Source of the DNA: Euprymna scolopes
Taxonomy: Eukaryota
Assembly (NCBI GenBank): GCA_053919585.1
Contig: CM132804.1
Reading direction: 5' to 3' (one strand)
Length of the DNA: 64,000 nucleotides
Made by a program: the position numbers and the translations under genes. Position 1 is the stretch's first letter, and each line of letters begins with the position of its first letter. Under the pieces are notes generated by a model. That model did no database searches and was not told the origin of the DNA. It worked only from the letters and a program-made list of their open reading frames with translations. Of this stretch, positions 13,549 through 28,613 are shown piece after piece.

Positions 13549-15549
13549 TCATATTTTCTCGCATATAAAACGCACGTATATTTTGTTGAAATGGAGAGGT
13601 GTTTACCCTGTCTCAAATTTGATGCAATTATAGACACGTGTCTATCAAAGTTCAGAATTGTAAGTTATTATGATAAGTGATAGTTTAATCTACTACACTT
13701 TTATTCGAAGTGCAGATCCGGTAAATGTCCATAACAGTTAAGAGTTTAGAACTCGTGAGCTAAAAAAATAAAAGCAACAAATAATTTATAGAAAACCAAG
13801 TAGAATTAAATTCTCTACCGACCCCAATACTTTTAATGTGTGGAAACTTTGTAAAAAAAGTTATTTCGGAATTTTTATTTCGATGATCAACCAAAATGAA
13901 AGTCGAGGTGATGGTTTAATTTCGGTTAACTTCATGCTGAAAAGATAGTAAACAAATACTTACCATAGCATTAACCCTAAATTCGAATGAGAAGCTCTCT
14001 CCCCAAACAAAAATCTCTTGCAAAAATACACTTAATCGCCTAGTAAGATATACAATCATCGAAATAAAATTCTAAAATATGTTCAACTTCCATACATTAA
14101 AATATGCAGGTTGGTAGAGAATTCAATTTAAGGATTTTACTATTAATTATTTGTTGTTTTTATTTTGTTTGTTTACGAGTTATCGACTTTAACTATCCTA
14201 TAATTTGATCCCAGATTTACAAGGTATAAGACATTCCATCTTATGAGTTGATTTTTTTTTTACTAGTTCAGTGTTGGTAACCACTCCAATCTTATATATA
14301 AACTTTTAAAATCTCGATGAATTTCCGTGACAGACAACTATTTGTTTATTAGTTTTAAATATTGATAATATTAAAAGGTGCCACTCCTGTTTGCTATTTC
14401 TATTTTATATGACGGCTTTATAACACATACTATTTTGACGTCTCGATGCTCAGTGAACCTACTTCTCACTATTTCGAGGTTTCTCTTATTTCTGAAATTA
14501 CGAACTTGCCTTCAACTATAGTAATTTGCGTTCTAATAACCTAATCGTATTTATTTGATCATTTACAATGATATATAGGCGTTACTTTTATTGGCATAAA
14601 TAAATGGCAGTTCGTAATCATCTTGATTCTTGGGCACTAACTACATAACCGGAGCAGAAACAAGCAAGAACCGAAAATATATAGGTCAAATGTCCGGCTT
14701 TTACTCGCTTCCGCTTCGGTTATGTATTTAGTTCTTGTCCAGAATCCAAGTTGCTTCAGCAAATTATTTTCTTCGGTGACTATTTACGGTAAAATAAATT
14801 AGTTTACTACTTCTTTTAAACATTAAAACTTAGATGAAAATACGTTTCGAATAAGTATGTAAAGCAAAATAAATTGTATTTAACTAATTTACCAACTGTA
14901 GTCCTTTAAAAAGGTACTTATGTACTTATGTTACCGTATTATTTTTAATAGTGTTTTCAGGTTTTACGATATCTTTTTTATTAAATTGTTGAGTGAAAGT
15001 ACAGAATAATTGCAAAAATATCCTCCACTACCGATGTTAAGAATGGCTTTTTAAATAATAACATTATTATTTCAACACAGTAACATAAGTGCATAAGTAC
15101 ACTTCAAAATAATTGTTAATAATTATAATAGAAATAATTACGTCCGAGTCAAAATTGAATGCGCATTTCCTCGGTTAAATCGATACGAAGATTTAGTCTG
15201 TATTAAAGTTGATAACTAACAGACAATGGTCAACTAAAACATACCGGAAGTATGTTTGGCGGAAGTAAATAAAGTAAAATGTTCAATCATAGTTGATAGT
15301 AGCTCGAAGGCTCCATTTTCATTAGGTGAGATGTGGGAAAGGATGCCACTTATTTCTTAGGATTGCTCCACTTATCCTTAATCTTCATCTTATAATGTTG
15401 AATGTTTAAAGAAAGATAAAGTACCATTTTTAGGCTTTCGTACGACTCGACTACGGATTGAATCCTAGTCTTCCGGCCCATTAAAAAACACTCTAACCGT
15501 TATACGAAATGGGCGGAAGTAATCGTGCGTTTTATATGCTAGAAAATAA
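13549..15549. mobile_element. Non-autonomous TIR DNA element (pogo/Tc-like ends) with internal hairpins and a nested SINE
   Basis: ~25-bp inverted termini: tattttctcgcatataaaacgcacg (13552-13576) and cgtgcgttttatatgctagaaaata (15524-15548). Confidence 0.55.
15269..15511 (-). mobile_element. tRNA-derived SINE with 11-bp target-site duplication
   Basis: Flanked by direct repeat ggcggaagtaa (15258-15268 and 15512-15522). Homologous to 61812-62055. The minus strand shows an A/B-box-like head (gttagagtg...ggattcaatcc). Confidence 0.7.
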
Positions 15550-17979
15550 AGTCAGGGGTTTTGAGAATAGGCGCTCATATCATTTTAACCTACATCATTG
15601 AAAGCAATGCACCTTTTCTTCTTGTTTAATTTAAATTTGATTTTTTTTCTATTTACCTCTTAGTCTTCTAACAACACATTTGGAATTATGTAAGAACTGT
15701 TTCCGTTTCATATTGAAACGGTTATATTGGAGCAGATGTTTGATTTGGTTTCATTTGAATATTTCGTTCCGGTAAGACACAATGATTAAATATTTTTTGG
15801 ATGTTGAAATTGAATATTCCATTTCGTTCTTACCAAAATACCCATGAAATTATCTGTCCATGCATCGACATTATGATTCAACAAAATTCTTCGAATCTAT
15901 TTTAAATTAAAGAACTAATCTAAAATGAAAACATTTTTTCTGCATAATACAACACAATTATGCACAATGAACATATGGGGTTCAATTTTCAAGGCGTCAA
16001 TTAATATTTTGCATAATGCCATTGCGAATAAAATAAAATGCTATTGCTCTAAATTATATGAAACTGGAAGTAATGTAGAACATAGATAATGAAAAAAAAA
16101 ACAACAGTAAGAAATGGGCATTTCAGTAATATCAAATAAACAATTTGATATTAAATACAGTATGTTCGTATAAAGTTTCTTTGGAATTTATTTTGTGACT
16201 TCGCTGAGCATCCATTTTACGTGGATTCACTTAGCAGTTGTTCTTTTGTTTAAATACAAAAAATTATTGTTACTAAAATCCTCACTAAACATTGATTAAA
16301 AAATTATAATCTTGTCAAGATATCTCATCAACTATCTTCGTAATATATTTTTAATTGTAAAGAAACTATGGACGTACTGTATATGCGAGTATATTTTTCT
16401 CAAACCCAGCAAATTTAAGTGTCAAATTCAATTTGATTTTCATTTTTCTTCTATATAAATGAGAAAAAATAATCAGATTTTCGCAATTTTAAAATAATAC
16501 CGCATAAATTACACGAGTCCCTTGAATAAATTTAAAAACAAAATTCAACTTATTTTGTTATTGACGCCACTATTATACTTTATAGAACAGATGACGCCAT
16601 CTGATGCGTGCCGGCATTTTTATAAGTACCTTAAAAAATAGTTTCTAATTCGAAAAGAAATTAATTCTTCTTTATAGGCTACTCTTAATTATAGTCGGGA
16701 AAAGCCGAACTGAAAATTGAAACCTACGCCATTATCTGTAATAGCTTAACATTTACACAATCATAATTGCAAATAGTCTGAAAATACATTATCAACATAC
16801 TTACATACTGGCACAGTTTGAGTAGGTGTTAATATCAGTCTGTGACAATTACTCCAGCCTTGTTGTTGTCGGACTGTTCTGTTTATTTTTAGGAGGTCCA
16901 CCTTCCCAGGTTTTACCTTCTTTCTAAGAAGGGGTTAATTTATTGTAATCATCTCAGACGCCCCTATCGGGGAATGCCGAGGGGACATCTTATTCATTTT
17001 TGTCGGCCAGAGTGTGCTTATGCTGTTGCAACGATTTTTCACAACCATGCCTCACCTTGTGCCTAACCTCCTCTGGTGAGGAGGTAAATAAAACACTATC
17101 AACGTTATGGATGATGACTTGTTCTTACATAATTTCGATTTGAATATTAGAAGACTTATACGAACATTGAAAAGATTAAATAACATATTTACAAAGGTTA
17201 AAAAGTCAATATTAAATGATGCACATTTAAGTATTTCTTTTGAGATACGCTAGTTAATTCATTGTTTTATGTAGAAATGTTTGGAAATATGCTACACAGC
17301 CAGCCTACTATAGACAGATCCATCATATTACATAAGAGTATCGATTAAGAAGTCCCAAAATAATTTCTGCCAATTTCTGCATTTAAATCTGGTTGGACGT
17401 ACACGACATGTTCCTCGCCTCTTTTTCCTCCTCCTCCTCCTCCTCCTCTTCTAAATAAAATATTTATGATGACGATTCCATTTGCGGGAGAGAAAACTTC
17501 AGATTATTATCGACTGAGCAGCAAATTTTAAAATTGTGAAAAGAAAAAAAAAACACTTACGTATAAATGCGTTCAATCTTTTGCGGGTTATTCAGTTTCG
17601 CATATAAATTTAACAATACGTTTGATTTTTCAACAGGTAATAATTAGTATTGCCATATAAAATAAAATAATCAACAATAACGCTTGCAAACGAAAATTTG
17701 GAATTTCGAATATAGGAATCATTTTATCTCAAACTTACACAGCTTACTGAATACACCTCGAAAGATTGAACAGGAAAGATTTTCAAAATTATATTATTTT
17801 TTATCAGAAGAAATTGATGTTTAATCGATATATCAATCTGAAGATTTGATTAAAAGTATAAAAGATGAACAATTCTTCGGGAAAATATCAACGTGGATCA
17901 TTTTATACTAAACTTCCGAATTGGAATTTGAACACGTCTGTTTTTATTTGTTTTTTGTTTTTTCAATATGTGTGCGTGC

Positions 17980-18031
<52 letters not shown>

Positions 18032-18974
18032 AAATTTGCTACTTAATAGATAATAATAATAAAAAATATTAAGATCGGGAAGGTGGTTCAGAAACATGTC
18101 GTCTACGTCCAACTGATTTTTTTCATATGATTTGTTATATTTTATTTGTTATCTTTGGTTTTATCTTTCGTACACTCACCGCTTGAAGCCTGAAGTCATT
18201 TATCGAATGGTTCTTGTAAACAAGAATCTATTCAATAGGTCATATGAAACTATTACTAGCAATTGACACATTTAGCTTACATCTAACGTTTTGAAGTAAT
18301 AGTGTTCCTTACGCGAAGTTGTTCCAGTATTTTTGAGTAAATTCGACGGTATGAATTAAAAATTAAAATGCGGAAGACAAAAACTTAACGTTTCGCCAAC
18401 TGTTGCGCGATCTTTATAAAGAGTTTTAAAAAAAAACTAAAAATGACACAGGACGAGATCTGTAATTTTTGGAGATGTATGTATTGTTATGATCTATAAA
18501 GATTTAAATTAAGTTTTTAGGTCTTCCACATTTCTTTTTTTAATTCACACTCACACACATACACACACACATACATATATAACATGAAATATAAATTTCT
18601 CAAAATCGGAACAAAGCAACTGATTTTGCACACACACGCACACATACACACGCGCACACGCACACGCACACACACACGTACAATAAGCTCGTTATCTTTT
18701 TAGATAAAGGGTGGAAATCATAAAAATAATTAAAACGGTCTTAACATTTTACTGCACCTTTATAGTAGATCCGCTCGCCAAAAACTATTGTTTATCTGTA
18801 TACCTTGGAATCAAATTCAAAGCATACACTTCTGAGACGATCGAGTCTGTCTTGGTTTGCAGTAAAGTAATAAGATAAGCACCTTTTAATTATTACTGCC
18901 ATATATAATAAAATAGGTGCACATCTATATGCATTTATTTAATTATATCTATATGCATTATAAATGTTTCAAAG

Positions 18975-19050
<76 letters not shown>

Positions 19051-19782
19051 CTTTTAAACATGAATTTATAAACACTTTACAACAGTGTCATGGATCGCTC
19101 GAGGCGGACTAATACACTTATTAACCCCTTTATACGGTTAAGTAAAACCAGGACGATTGGACGTTTCATGAAACTGCAGTAACGTGTTAAGATAAAGCCA
19201 TATTTTTTTAATTTGATGATACTTAGAACATGGCACAATCTGATAGGATATACATCCCTGTGTATAACTAGGATCCGTTGTCTTGATTCGTCTCTGAAAA
19301 CTGAAGCAGGGCCGAATTAAGAAAGCAGATCTTGGACAAATAACGGTTATGTATTAAAACAGATAAGGTTATATCAATTATAAATAATAATGAATTTCAT
19401 TTAGTTTAACATTTTACTCAGATGCAGTAAAATCTACGAAGTTCAGTTAAAAAATACAATGATGTAATGTGTTTATTTTATTACATTACTGAATCATTGG
19501 ATGTTCCATATCTTTGGGTTTCCTTCGTAGTTGCAATTGAGAGGCAGCGTTGAATTTTTCTCGATAAATAAGTCGTTCGCGTTTGAAGAAGTTTTGCTGT
19601 CTCTTAATTGCGACTGACCAAGCAGCCCGAAATAGATGGAACATCCAATTATTCAATAATGTATAATACCGTAATAATTAAAAAAAAAAAAAAAAAAAAA
19701 AAAACATCGCACAAAGGTTTACGACTAGGGTTTTTTATTTAACATGATATAAGCCTAGTTCATTCAAAAATTATCTTATTTC

Positions 19783-21736
19783 AAAACAATAGGATCAAAT
19801 AAAGAATATATACCCTGTAGCAGACGACGCCGCCTGGCGGCGACCGGTGCACATTTCAACGAACACCGGTGATTCGACCTTGACATTGGCACAAGCACAT
19901 GGCGTCGGTTGTTTGTAAACACGTCAAATAGCAAACATGCTCGAATATTCGCCAACATTTTTTTTTTTAAATATATTTGCAAAACTTTGGAAGATTTAAA
20001 CGAAAAAATATATATTTACAAAACATATTTTTTAAGTAAGTAACAAAACAAACCTATTTAAATAAAAGATATTTAAATAAATGTGTGTCTTTCTGTTTCG
20101 GATTTTTTGCGACCAAAATGTACCGTGTTTTTTTGTTTTTTTTTTGGGGGGGGGGTTCTGTGTGCGTTTTTAAGACCAATCAATATTTATTTAATTATTC
20201 TTTAAAACATTAACTTCACCAACAATTAATATATTTTTAAAATAATATTTTTAAATATCAGATTTTGATGAATATTCGCGAGCAAGATTTTTTTTTAAAT
20301 AAAAAATATTTAAATAAATGGGTGTCTTTCTGAGTGCGTTTTTAATATATTTACAGAACTTTTTAATAACTGTTTTATTCTTTTTATCAAGCAAAAATAA
20401 AACTTTTATAATGACATATATATTATGGACTGTTTTTCAAACATCGAAATTTTAAAATTAAAGTTAGTTTTATTAAAAAAAAAAGACGAGGTGTTTTTTT
20501 TCAATTAAATTATAAACTTTATTTGAACTTTCAACAAACTTTTACAGACATAAAAAATAGACTTTATAGATATTTTATAATAATTTTTAAAAAATATATT
20601 TAACGAAAAGTTTTTTTAATCATTTCATTGTCGAATAAAATTTCAAAGTGATAAATGGCGAAAAAAATTATATCGAAAAGAAAAAATACCTCGTCTTTTT
20701 TTATTTTAATGAAACTTTAATTTTAAAATTTCGATGTTTGAAAAACAGGCCATAATATATATTTCATTATAAAAGTTCTATTTTTGTTTGAAAAAAAGAA
20801 TAAAACAGTTAATAAATACAAAAAACAAAACAGAAAAAAACAAAAAAAAACAGTCTATTAAGTTCAATTAAAGACTCTTTGAATAAAACTTATTAAAAAA
20901 AAGGTTCATTCTATACGGTTTGGGCCATTTTTTTTCTGTGTACGTTTTTAATACAATTCTATATTTATTTAAAGTGCGATGTATGTCGGTGGTCAGTGAA
21001 GGAGAAATCCTCTAGGCCGAGGCAATTTTTATGCATAATAAAATCACAAGTATCGAGATTTAAAAAATATATTATTTTATTCACATATCTTTTTATAACT
21101 TTTATTTTTATAAAGATGAAATGTAGTATCACAAGATAGAAATCTTTTTATAATTTTTATTTCTATTAAAAAAAAACGCACTCAGAAAGACACCCATTTA
21201 TTTAAATATCTTTTATTTAAAAAAAATCTTGCTCGCGAATATTCGTCAAAATTTAATATTTAAAAATATTATTTTAAAAATATATTAATTGTCGCTGAAG
21301 TTAATGTTTTAAAGAATAATTAAATAAATATTGAATGGTCTTAAAAATGCACACAGAACCCCCCCCCCCAAAAAAAAAAAACACAGTACATAAAAATCAA
21401 TCTTGGTCGCAAAAATCCGAAACAGAAAGACACCCATTTATTTAAATATCTTTTATTTAACTACGTTCGTTTTGTTACTTACATATAAAAATGTTTTGTA
21501 AATATATATATTTTTCTTTTAAATCTCCAAAAGTTTTTTAAATATATTTAAAAAAAAAATTACTGGCGAATATTCGAGCATGTTTGCTATTTGACGTGTT
21601 TACAAACAACCGACGCCATGTGCTTGTGCCAATGTCAAGGTCGAATCATCGGTGTTCGTTGAAATGTGCACCGGTCGCCGCCAGGCGGCGTCGTCTGCTA
21701 CGGGGTGTGTATTCTTTACTTGATCCCAATAGTTTT
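19783..21736. mobile_element. Foldback-type element with ~560-bp inverted arms and a nested inner inverted repeat
   Basis: 19783-20343 is the reverse complement of 21170-21736; ORFs 19776-19982(-) and 21584-21817(+) share the same peptide. Inner IR 20367-20502 / 20681-20815. Confidence 0.85.
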
Positions 21737-22047
21737 ATGTCCATTTTTTGTAACTATACCCATTTGTGGTATACAAAATTCACCAAACATTACCGAATAG
21801 GCCTTACCAGTGCATAACAGATCACAGTTCGGCTGAAACAAAAACAAAATGCGTTCAATATTCATTTAACTGATAAAAATATATTTAATTTTATATTCGT
21901 TTTTTTTTTTTTCATTTCCTTTGTATCACTTAAATCTTACTGTGGTATGTTACTTTGACTGTGATCTGTTATGCACTAATAAAGCTTTTTTGTGAATGTT
22001 TGGTAAATTCTGTATACCATAAATATGTATATTTACCTAAGCGGCCA

Positions 22048-22726
22048 NNNNNNNNNNNNNNNNNNNNNNNNNNNNNNNNNNNNNNNNNNNNNNNNNNNNN
22101 NNNNNNNNNNNNNNNNNNNNNNNNNNNNNNNNNNNNNNNNNNNNNNNNNNNNNNNNNNNNNNNNNNNNNNNNNNNNNNNNNNNNNNNNNNNNNNNNNNNN
22201 NNNNNNNNNNNNNNNNNNNNNNNNNNNNNNNNNNNNNNNNNNNNNNNNNNNNNNNNNNNNNNNNNNNNNNNNNNNNNNNNNNNNNNNNNNNNNNNNNNNN
22301 NNNNNNNNNNNNNNNNNNNNNNNNNNNNNNNNNNNNNNNNNNNNNNNNNNNNNNNNNNNNNNNNNNNNNNNNNNNNNNNNNNNNNNNNNNNNNNNNNNNN
22401 NNNNNNNNNNNNNNNNNNNNNNNNNNNNNNNNNNNNNNNNNNNNNNNNNNNNNNNNNNNNNNNNNNNNNNNNNNNNNNNNNNNNNNNNNNNNNNNNNNNN
22501 NNNNNNNNNNNNNNNNNNNNNTTTAATCACAAACAATTCTTTTGGCCGCTTAGGTAAATTTACATATTATATTAGAACTATNNNNNNNNNNNNNNNNNNN
22601 NNNNNNNNNNNNNNNNNNNNNNNNNNNNNNNNNNNNNNNNNNNNNNNNNNNNNNNNNNNNNNNNNNNNNNNNNNNNNNNNNNNNNNNNNNNNNNNNNNNN
22701 NNNNNNNNNNNNNNNNNNNNNNNNNN
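22048..22726. other. Assembly gaps (N runs); others near 26547, 28692, 29001, 32350, 37106, 43212 and 47482
   Basis: N runs; they could hide additional exons. Confidence 0.99.
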
Positions 22727-23042
22727 TAAATTATATATTATTCTAGGATTATGTCATGTTATATATATTCCTTCATGCTAAAATGTCTACATCTTTCCAG
22801 TACACACGAATCATGCCTACAAGAAATAATTTCACATATAATACGCAAAACGCATCATTATAGTTTCAAATGTGTATGCCGTGTCCAAAGTGTTGAAATT
22901 TGTATAAGCTTTTCCTATTTTCCTACCTTAAAAATTCCTAAACAAAACACTTCCAACTTTTTTTTATTTCTCCCTTGAAATTTTTGTTCGCCGCTGTCTT
23001 CCTATCGTGGGTTCGGATGTGGGTGGTACGAATAGCATTTTT

Positions 23043-23095
<53 letters not shown>

Positions 23096-24239
23096 AAAAA
23101 TAGCATACATGAAAAAGGAAACATTTTTTATATAAACTATATTTTATTTAATCTTATGGGATTTGGTTCAGAATGATCACAAAATTACTAAACCCCTTAT
23201 CTAGCAGAACCATACATTATTATGCTTTATCTTTATAACGATAGGCTGTAATCTCGAAGAATTACAGACGACATCGAAGTTGCAAATGAAAATACTGTTC
23301 ATGTATTTGTTCTGAAAAGAGGATTAAACAGCTAATAGTCAGTATATAAACTCCGGCATAAAATCAATTTTTAGGTTAGCATGTTTTGTTTTAAGTTCTT
23401 CTCCAGAGAAGAGAAGACAACTACCGCTACAAAAATATCTATCTTTTTATTTTAGAAAATATACCTGCCCCCCCCCTTATTCTGGGCTACATCGCCACTT
23501 TGGGTTGACTCTCCCTTCTTCTGGGCTGCACCCCATCCCCTGGAGCTGAGTAATGGTAATACCCCAGTTACATTGTCCGCTTCTGGTCCCCTGCATTATT
23601 CCTCCATCGTGTAATGCCCTTTCCTATTGCATGTTTTACCGGCCATACATTTTACACCAAACGGAATAGAAGTAACTCATTTTACTTTTTGATAATCCGA
23701 ATATTTGCTTCGTCTTATATTTCATCATAACAAACTTTCCAGATTGGAAATCCAATCGTTCTAATAAATCGTTCAATGAAATCTAAGATTATTCCTCGTA
23801 TCCATACACAATTTTTTAGAGTCACCCAAAGGGAAGTTGATATTTCATTGGACTTGATGTGTTCCTTTCCAATTATTTTACCAATTCTTTTTTATACCAT
23901 TCATAGAACTGCAATTACTAATGTCCCTAGTGTTAACTTGTGTCTCATAATTGTCTTTCTTTAGTTCTGGTTAGTTAGTTCTGGCACTCTAGACCCACTT
24001 TAGTTCCTCAACCGGAAGTGAAAAAAAACTACACATTGAACGGTTTAGACCCATATCCGGTCTGCTTGCATGCATTGTGTGATCTATTCTTAATCTCAAC
24101 GTCTGATAGTAAACTATGCATTTATTAAGACAGCTTATCATGTTAAAAATACCACATCTTCATTACAAACATATACATTTTCTTATTTTTTCTAGCTGGG
24201 GATGGAGTACTTTATCGAATGCTAGAAATTCGCCCGCTT

Positions 24240-24600
24240 TCTAACACATTCCAACCGAGTGAACTTCTTTTAAGATTCTGACCGCCCCTTTAAGTGTAAT
24301 TGCTTGTATCTTTGTTAACCGCGTATATTTGCCAAGTAGTATTTGACATTCTTTTCCATGAGTTCGGTTGCTCCTATAATTGCTGGAATGATAGAGAAAT
24401 TCCTAAGATTTCAGTTTATTTTCACTTCGTGCATAAGACTTTGGTATTTCATTATCTTTTCCCTTTCAGCTCTATTTAACACAGCATCATTGGGGACACT
24501 AACTTCTACTAAGGTGTCCTCTTTCTCCTTCTTGTCCCATATCACTATTGCAGGTTTAATAGCTCCATTTTTTCTAGTTTTTAATAGCTGTAGGAATTGA
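24240..24600 (-). mobile_element. 3' fragment of an RLE-type non-LTR retrotransposon (R4/NeSL-like restriction-like endonuclease)
   Basis: Minus-strand translation KPAIVIWDKKEKEDTLVEVSVPNDAVLNRAEREKIMKYQSLMHEVK*...IIPAIIGAT matches the RPD...D/ExxVP...EKxxKYxxL...PxxIGAxG pattern. Confidence 0.75.
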
Positions 24601-24622
24601 AATGTGTGTATGTGTGTATGTT

Positions 24623-24690
<68 letters not shown>

Positions 24691-25250
24691 CGTGTGTGAC
24701 AAAAAGAAGGTTAGCTCACCAACGAGGTGGACCCTCTCTGCTAGAATTACGCTAAGGTATAAATACTACTGCAATGAATAAACGCTCAAGAATTGGACTG
24801 AGTGTGAATGCTGATCGGTCCCCATTTTAGATACAATTAAGGGTTTAGTATCTGTCTTGTCTTCTGTCAGTGGGGAAATCCTTCTGGATTGAGGTCATTT
24901 GTATTTTTGTCTTAATCCAAACTGCTCCTTTTAAAGGGAGCTGGAATTTTTTCCACATTAAAAACCTACCTTGTGTCTAACTCTGCACTCGTGGAGAGAC
25001 AAGTAAATAGGGCTCTTTTAGAGCAACCGGAGAGTTGGGAAAGAAGTGGGTTAAGAAATAATGTATTACGAATTTGAGAATGAGAAAAAATGAATCATAT
25101 TCAATTTTATTTGAATTGTGGAAAGGGTAGTTCTTTTAGGCTGTTATTCTATACTAGCAGGCTTCGAACGGTCGCTATCGATTCGCAATTTGATTCTTAT
25201 TCATTATTTGAACTCAATGAAATGAAACTAATCGATACGAAAAGAACCCC

Positions 25251-25309
<59 letters not shown>

Positions 25310-26271
25310 TATAGATTGTTTGTAAATATGGGATAGAAAAAAGAATATAATTTGACAGATTTGACTAGTCTTCTAAATGTGGCAGTTACCCACTTTTTCC
25401 TTATTTTTTTCACAATATGCATCTGCAATCTCTATGTCTCTTATTCCGTCCACTTTATTTTCATAATTCAATTTTTGCCATTAATTTTAAACTCAGTGAT
25501 TTTAGATTTGACGGATAGTTTAGCAGCATGCGTTCCTATTGTCCGGTAGAGAATGATGGAGTGATTAACGCTCCCACCTTCTTTAAGTGTTGCTCCTTAT
25601 GAAGAATTTGCTGATTTTTCTAATCGTTTTGAACGAATGTAATTGGCAGCATTTATGAGTTGTCCTCGTTTAACGCAATGTAATATAAAGTCGTTTGACC
25701 AGGGTAATGCCAGCTCCTCTCAGTGTAAAAATAGGAGAGAATAAACCCATAGATATTCTTCAGTAGGGGTGCTTCAGGCAACTGACAATTAAGCCCCTTC
25801 TGAAACATAGGAAAATGCCTGTAAGGATGAACCTCCTTGGTCTGATCTGAACCATACATTATTCGACAAGAAAGGAAGCTGGAGTTATGTCGGTCAGACA
25901 CCTAAATGCCAAAACGATGCCAAGGTGAACTTCAGCTGATATGAACACCCAACGTATAATCGAATACTACACTATTGCTCATTGACGAATTAAAGTTTTT
26001 ATAATTAAGGTTAATTTAAACAAAAATGTATTTTACAAACAATAGTAATAGTTTAAGTACTGATAGTGATGGGTATCATATTGCTTAGTGAACAGCTAGA
26101 TACGCGATAAAGCATAAGTAAACAGTTTTCTGTCACGCATTACGCATACACATCTTAATAGAGTATTTACTTTACTTACCCATGTTTGTGAATATTTTGA
26201 AACAAAACCAACTTACCTACAACGTTTATCATTGAATTTACGTAAAAAAACGTTTCCGTCTTTTTTTTTTT

Positions 26272-26327
<56 letters not shown>

Positions 26328-28233
26328 TACTACTACTACTACTACTACAAGGAGCTTTCACACAGACCATCAAAGATCTCTCCTTGGAGACAACCTATGG
26401 TGTTTCCTGGAAGCTGAGTAATAAAAAGTCTCCTAAGATTCCAGTACTCTCCGCTGTTTTCGATAACATTTGCAAATAAGTTTACATTATCACAACAGCC
26501 TCTCACCATTGCTGACTGATCGCAATGGAATTAGACGCCATTGGAANNNNNNNNNNNNNNNNNNNNNNNNNNNNNNNNNNNNNNNNNNNNNNNNNNNNNN
26601 NNNNNNNNNNNNNNNNNNNNNNNNNNNNNNNNNNNNNNNNNNNNNNNNNNNNNNNNNNNNNNNNNNNNNNNNNNNNNTTTTTCACTTCAATATGCATTGG
26701 ATTATCTCCTTTAGTCTTACATGCAAATGACTAGATGACTTGCTATCTCTATTTATATAAAATTAGGTATCTGCATATGTTTATGTTTATATATTTGTAT
26801 GTACAGGATTCACTCTTAAACTAATTAAAATATCATTAGAAAATTTTAAACATAGCTGCTGGGCGTAAGGGATCGTAGTGTTGGCTATATTTGGTTTAAT
26901 TTAGTTAATGGAAGTGAAAATGTGGATTCAGATTTTTATGAAATTCTAACAATATGTATTAGACTAAAAATATTAAATATTTCTTAAATTTCAGTTTCTT
27001 TCAAGTATTTTAAAGAGATTTGGGGGGACACAATATGGCCATCATCTCACATTTTAAAATTCAAATGTTTCAGATTTGCATTGAATTTCCAGCAAATAAT
27101 CAAGATTCCTTGAATTTCAATTCCTTGTTAAGGCATTTTAGAGAATTTCTGGAATCAAAATCATGTAATTTTGATCAAAATCGAAATAAGGGTTCTAGAC
27201 ATTAAGTATTGCATCATTATACCTCGATTTTAATCTTCGTAAGACGATAAAACTGTTCTGTTCGAGAAATTAATTTTACTTGTCCTGAAACGATTAAACA
27301 GAGAGCTAACGCTTGTTATGATATTAGCTACAAAAGCTCTCTGGCCTTATATGCTCAGATGGAAACCATCACGCCTATTCGATATTATGGCTCCTGAATT
27401 ATTTGTTTTATATCTTTTCTTTTTTTTAATTTCTTTATTCAAACTTTCGAATAAATCTTAGTAAAATCGAATGATTTGTATAACGGGCAGATGTAATAAT
27501 TGTTTATAGTTGCAACTAAAAACATAGAATCACTTTCCTAACACAGATCAATAATTGGATGATATATAACGTTATTGCAATCAAATATACCCAGTGCCCA
27601 ACTGACCGTTTCTGTCCAATCTCGTGATAATGTTGCAATAGCAATAGTATAATCATTCCATACCCTGTTAAACAACATCAAAATACCTTTCTATTAATGT
27701 ATTAAAGTATAAAATGTCTCTCCATATTTAAAAAAAAAATTGAATCACTAATTTAAATGATGAATGTAGATGCTAGTAACAGTTCTGTGAAGTATCTGGA
27801 ATCATTTTTTTTATATGCCATAATGTTTTTAGCAATAACAAACGAGTTTCCCTTATTTCGGTCCATCTTTTTTTCCATATTTATTTCTACATTTTTAATT
27901 TGGATTTTTTTTTATTTTTTACATTTGAAATTATAAAAATAACTTAAAAACCAAAGGCGGCCACGTTATGATGATCTACAAAAGTGTTTGCAATGTTGTA
28001 ACAATGACATATGTGCTATCTAAGAGGCAGAAAAATATATTATTATGATGATGCTTGTTAAGATGATAGTTAGATCTCAAGATCGAGCTGGAAACGAACC
28101 CTGGATAAGTCATTTCATACATTCCATAGGATATATTTTTTCTTCTTTTTTTAACTATTGGACACGGCTTACATATTTCGAAAACATTGATTTAAAGAAG
28201 ACGCTTTATGTGTGTACGTGGATGAGTTATAGA

Positions 28234-28301
<68 letters not shown>

Positions 28302-28550
28302 AATGTTTATCATATGGAATAGAGGATAAGGAAGAACAAATTAATAAATATAATAACACTGAGATATCTCTAAAGCTATTCGATATTTCGATAGTGTCAA
28401 ACAAGATCAATTTTGATCGTTCGATCAAAACAAAATATCGGTTAGCTATACAGGTGCGCCCATGTTATTTTTTAATTAATGTGTTTACATGCTTTTCCAT
28501 ATACAAAACATTCCATTTTGTGTGTAATTAAATTTAATGCTTTAAATTCA

Positions 28551-28613
<63 letters not shown>

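Noticed and set aside
19776-21817. Duplicated small protein genes (ORFs 19776-19982 and 21584-21817)
   Set aside because: They are the two arms of an inverted repeat, with no coding signature.
21955-22729. Long ORFs containing X runs (also near 26.5, 28.7, 32.4, 37.1, 43.2 and 47.5 kb)
   Set aside because: Artefacts of N gaps.
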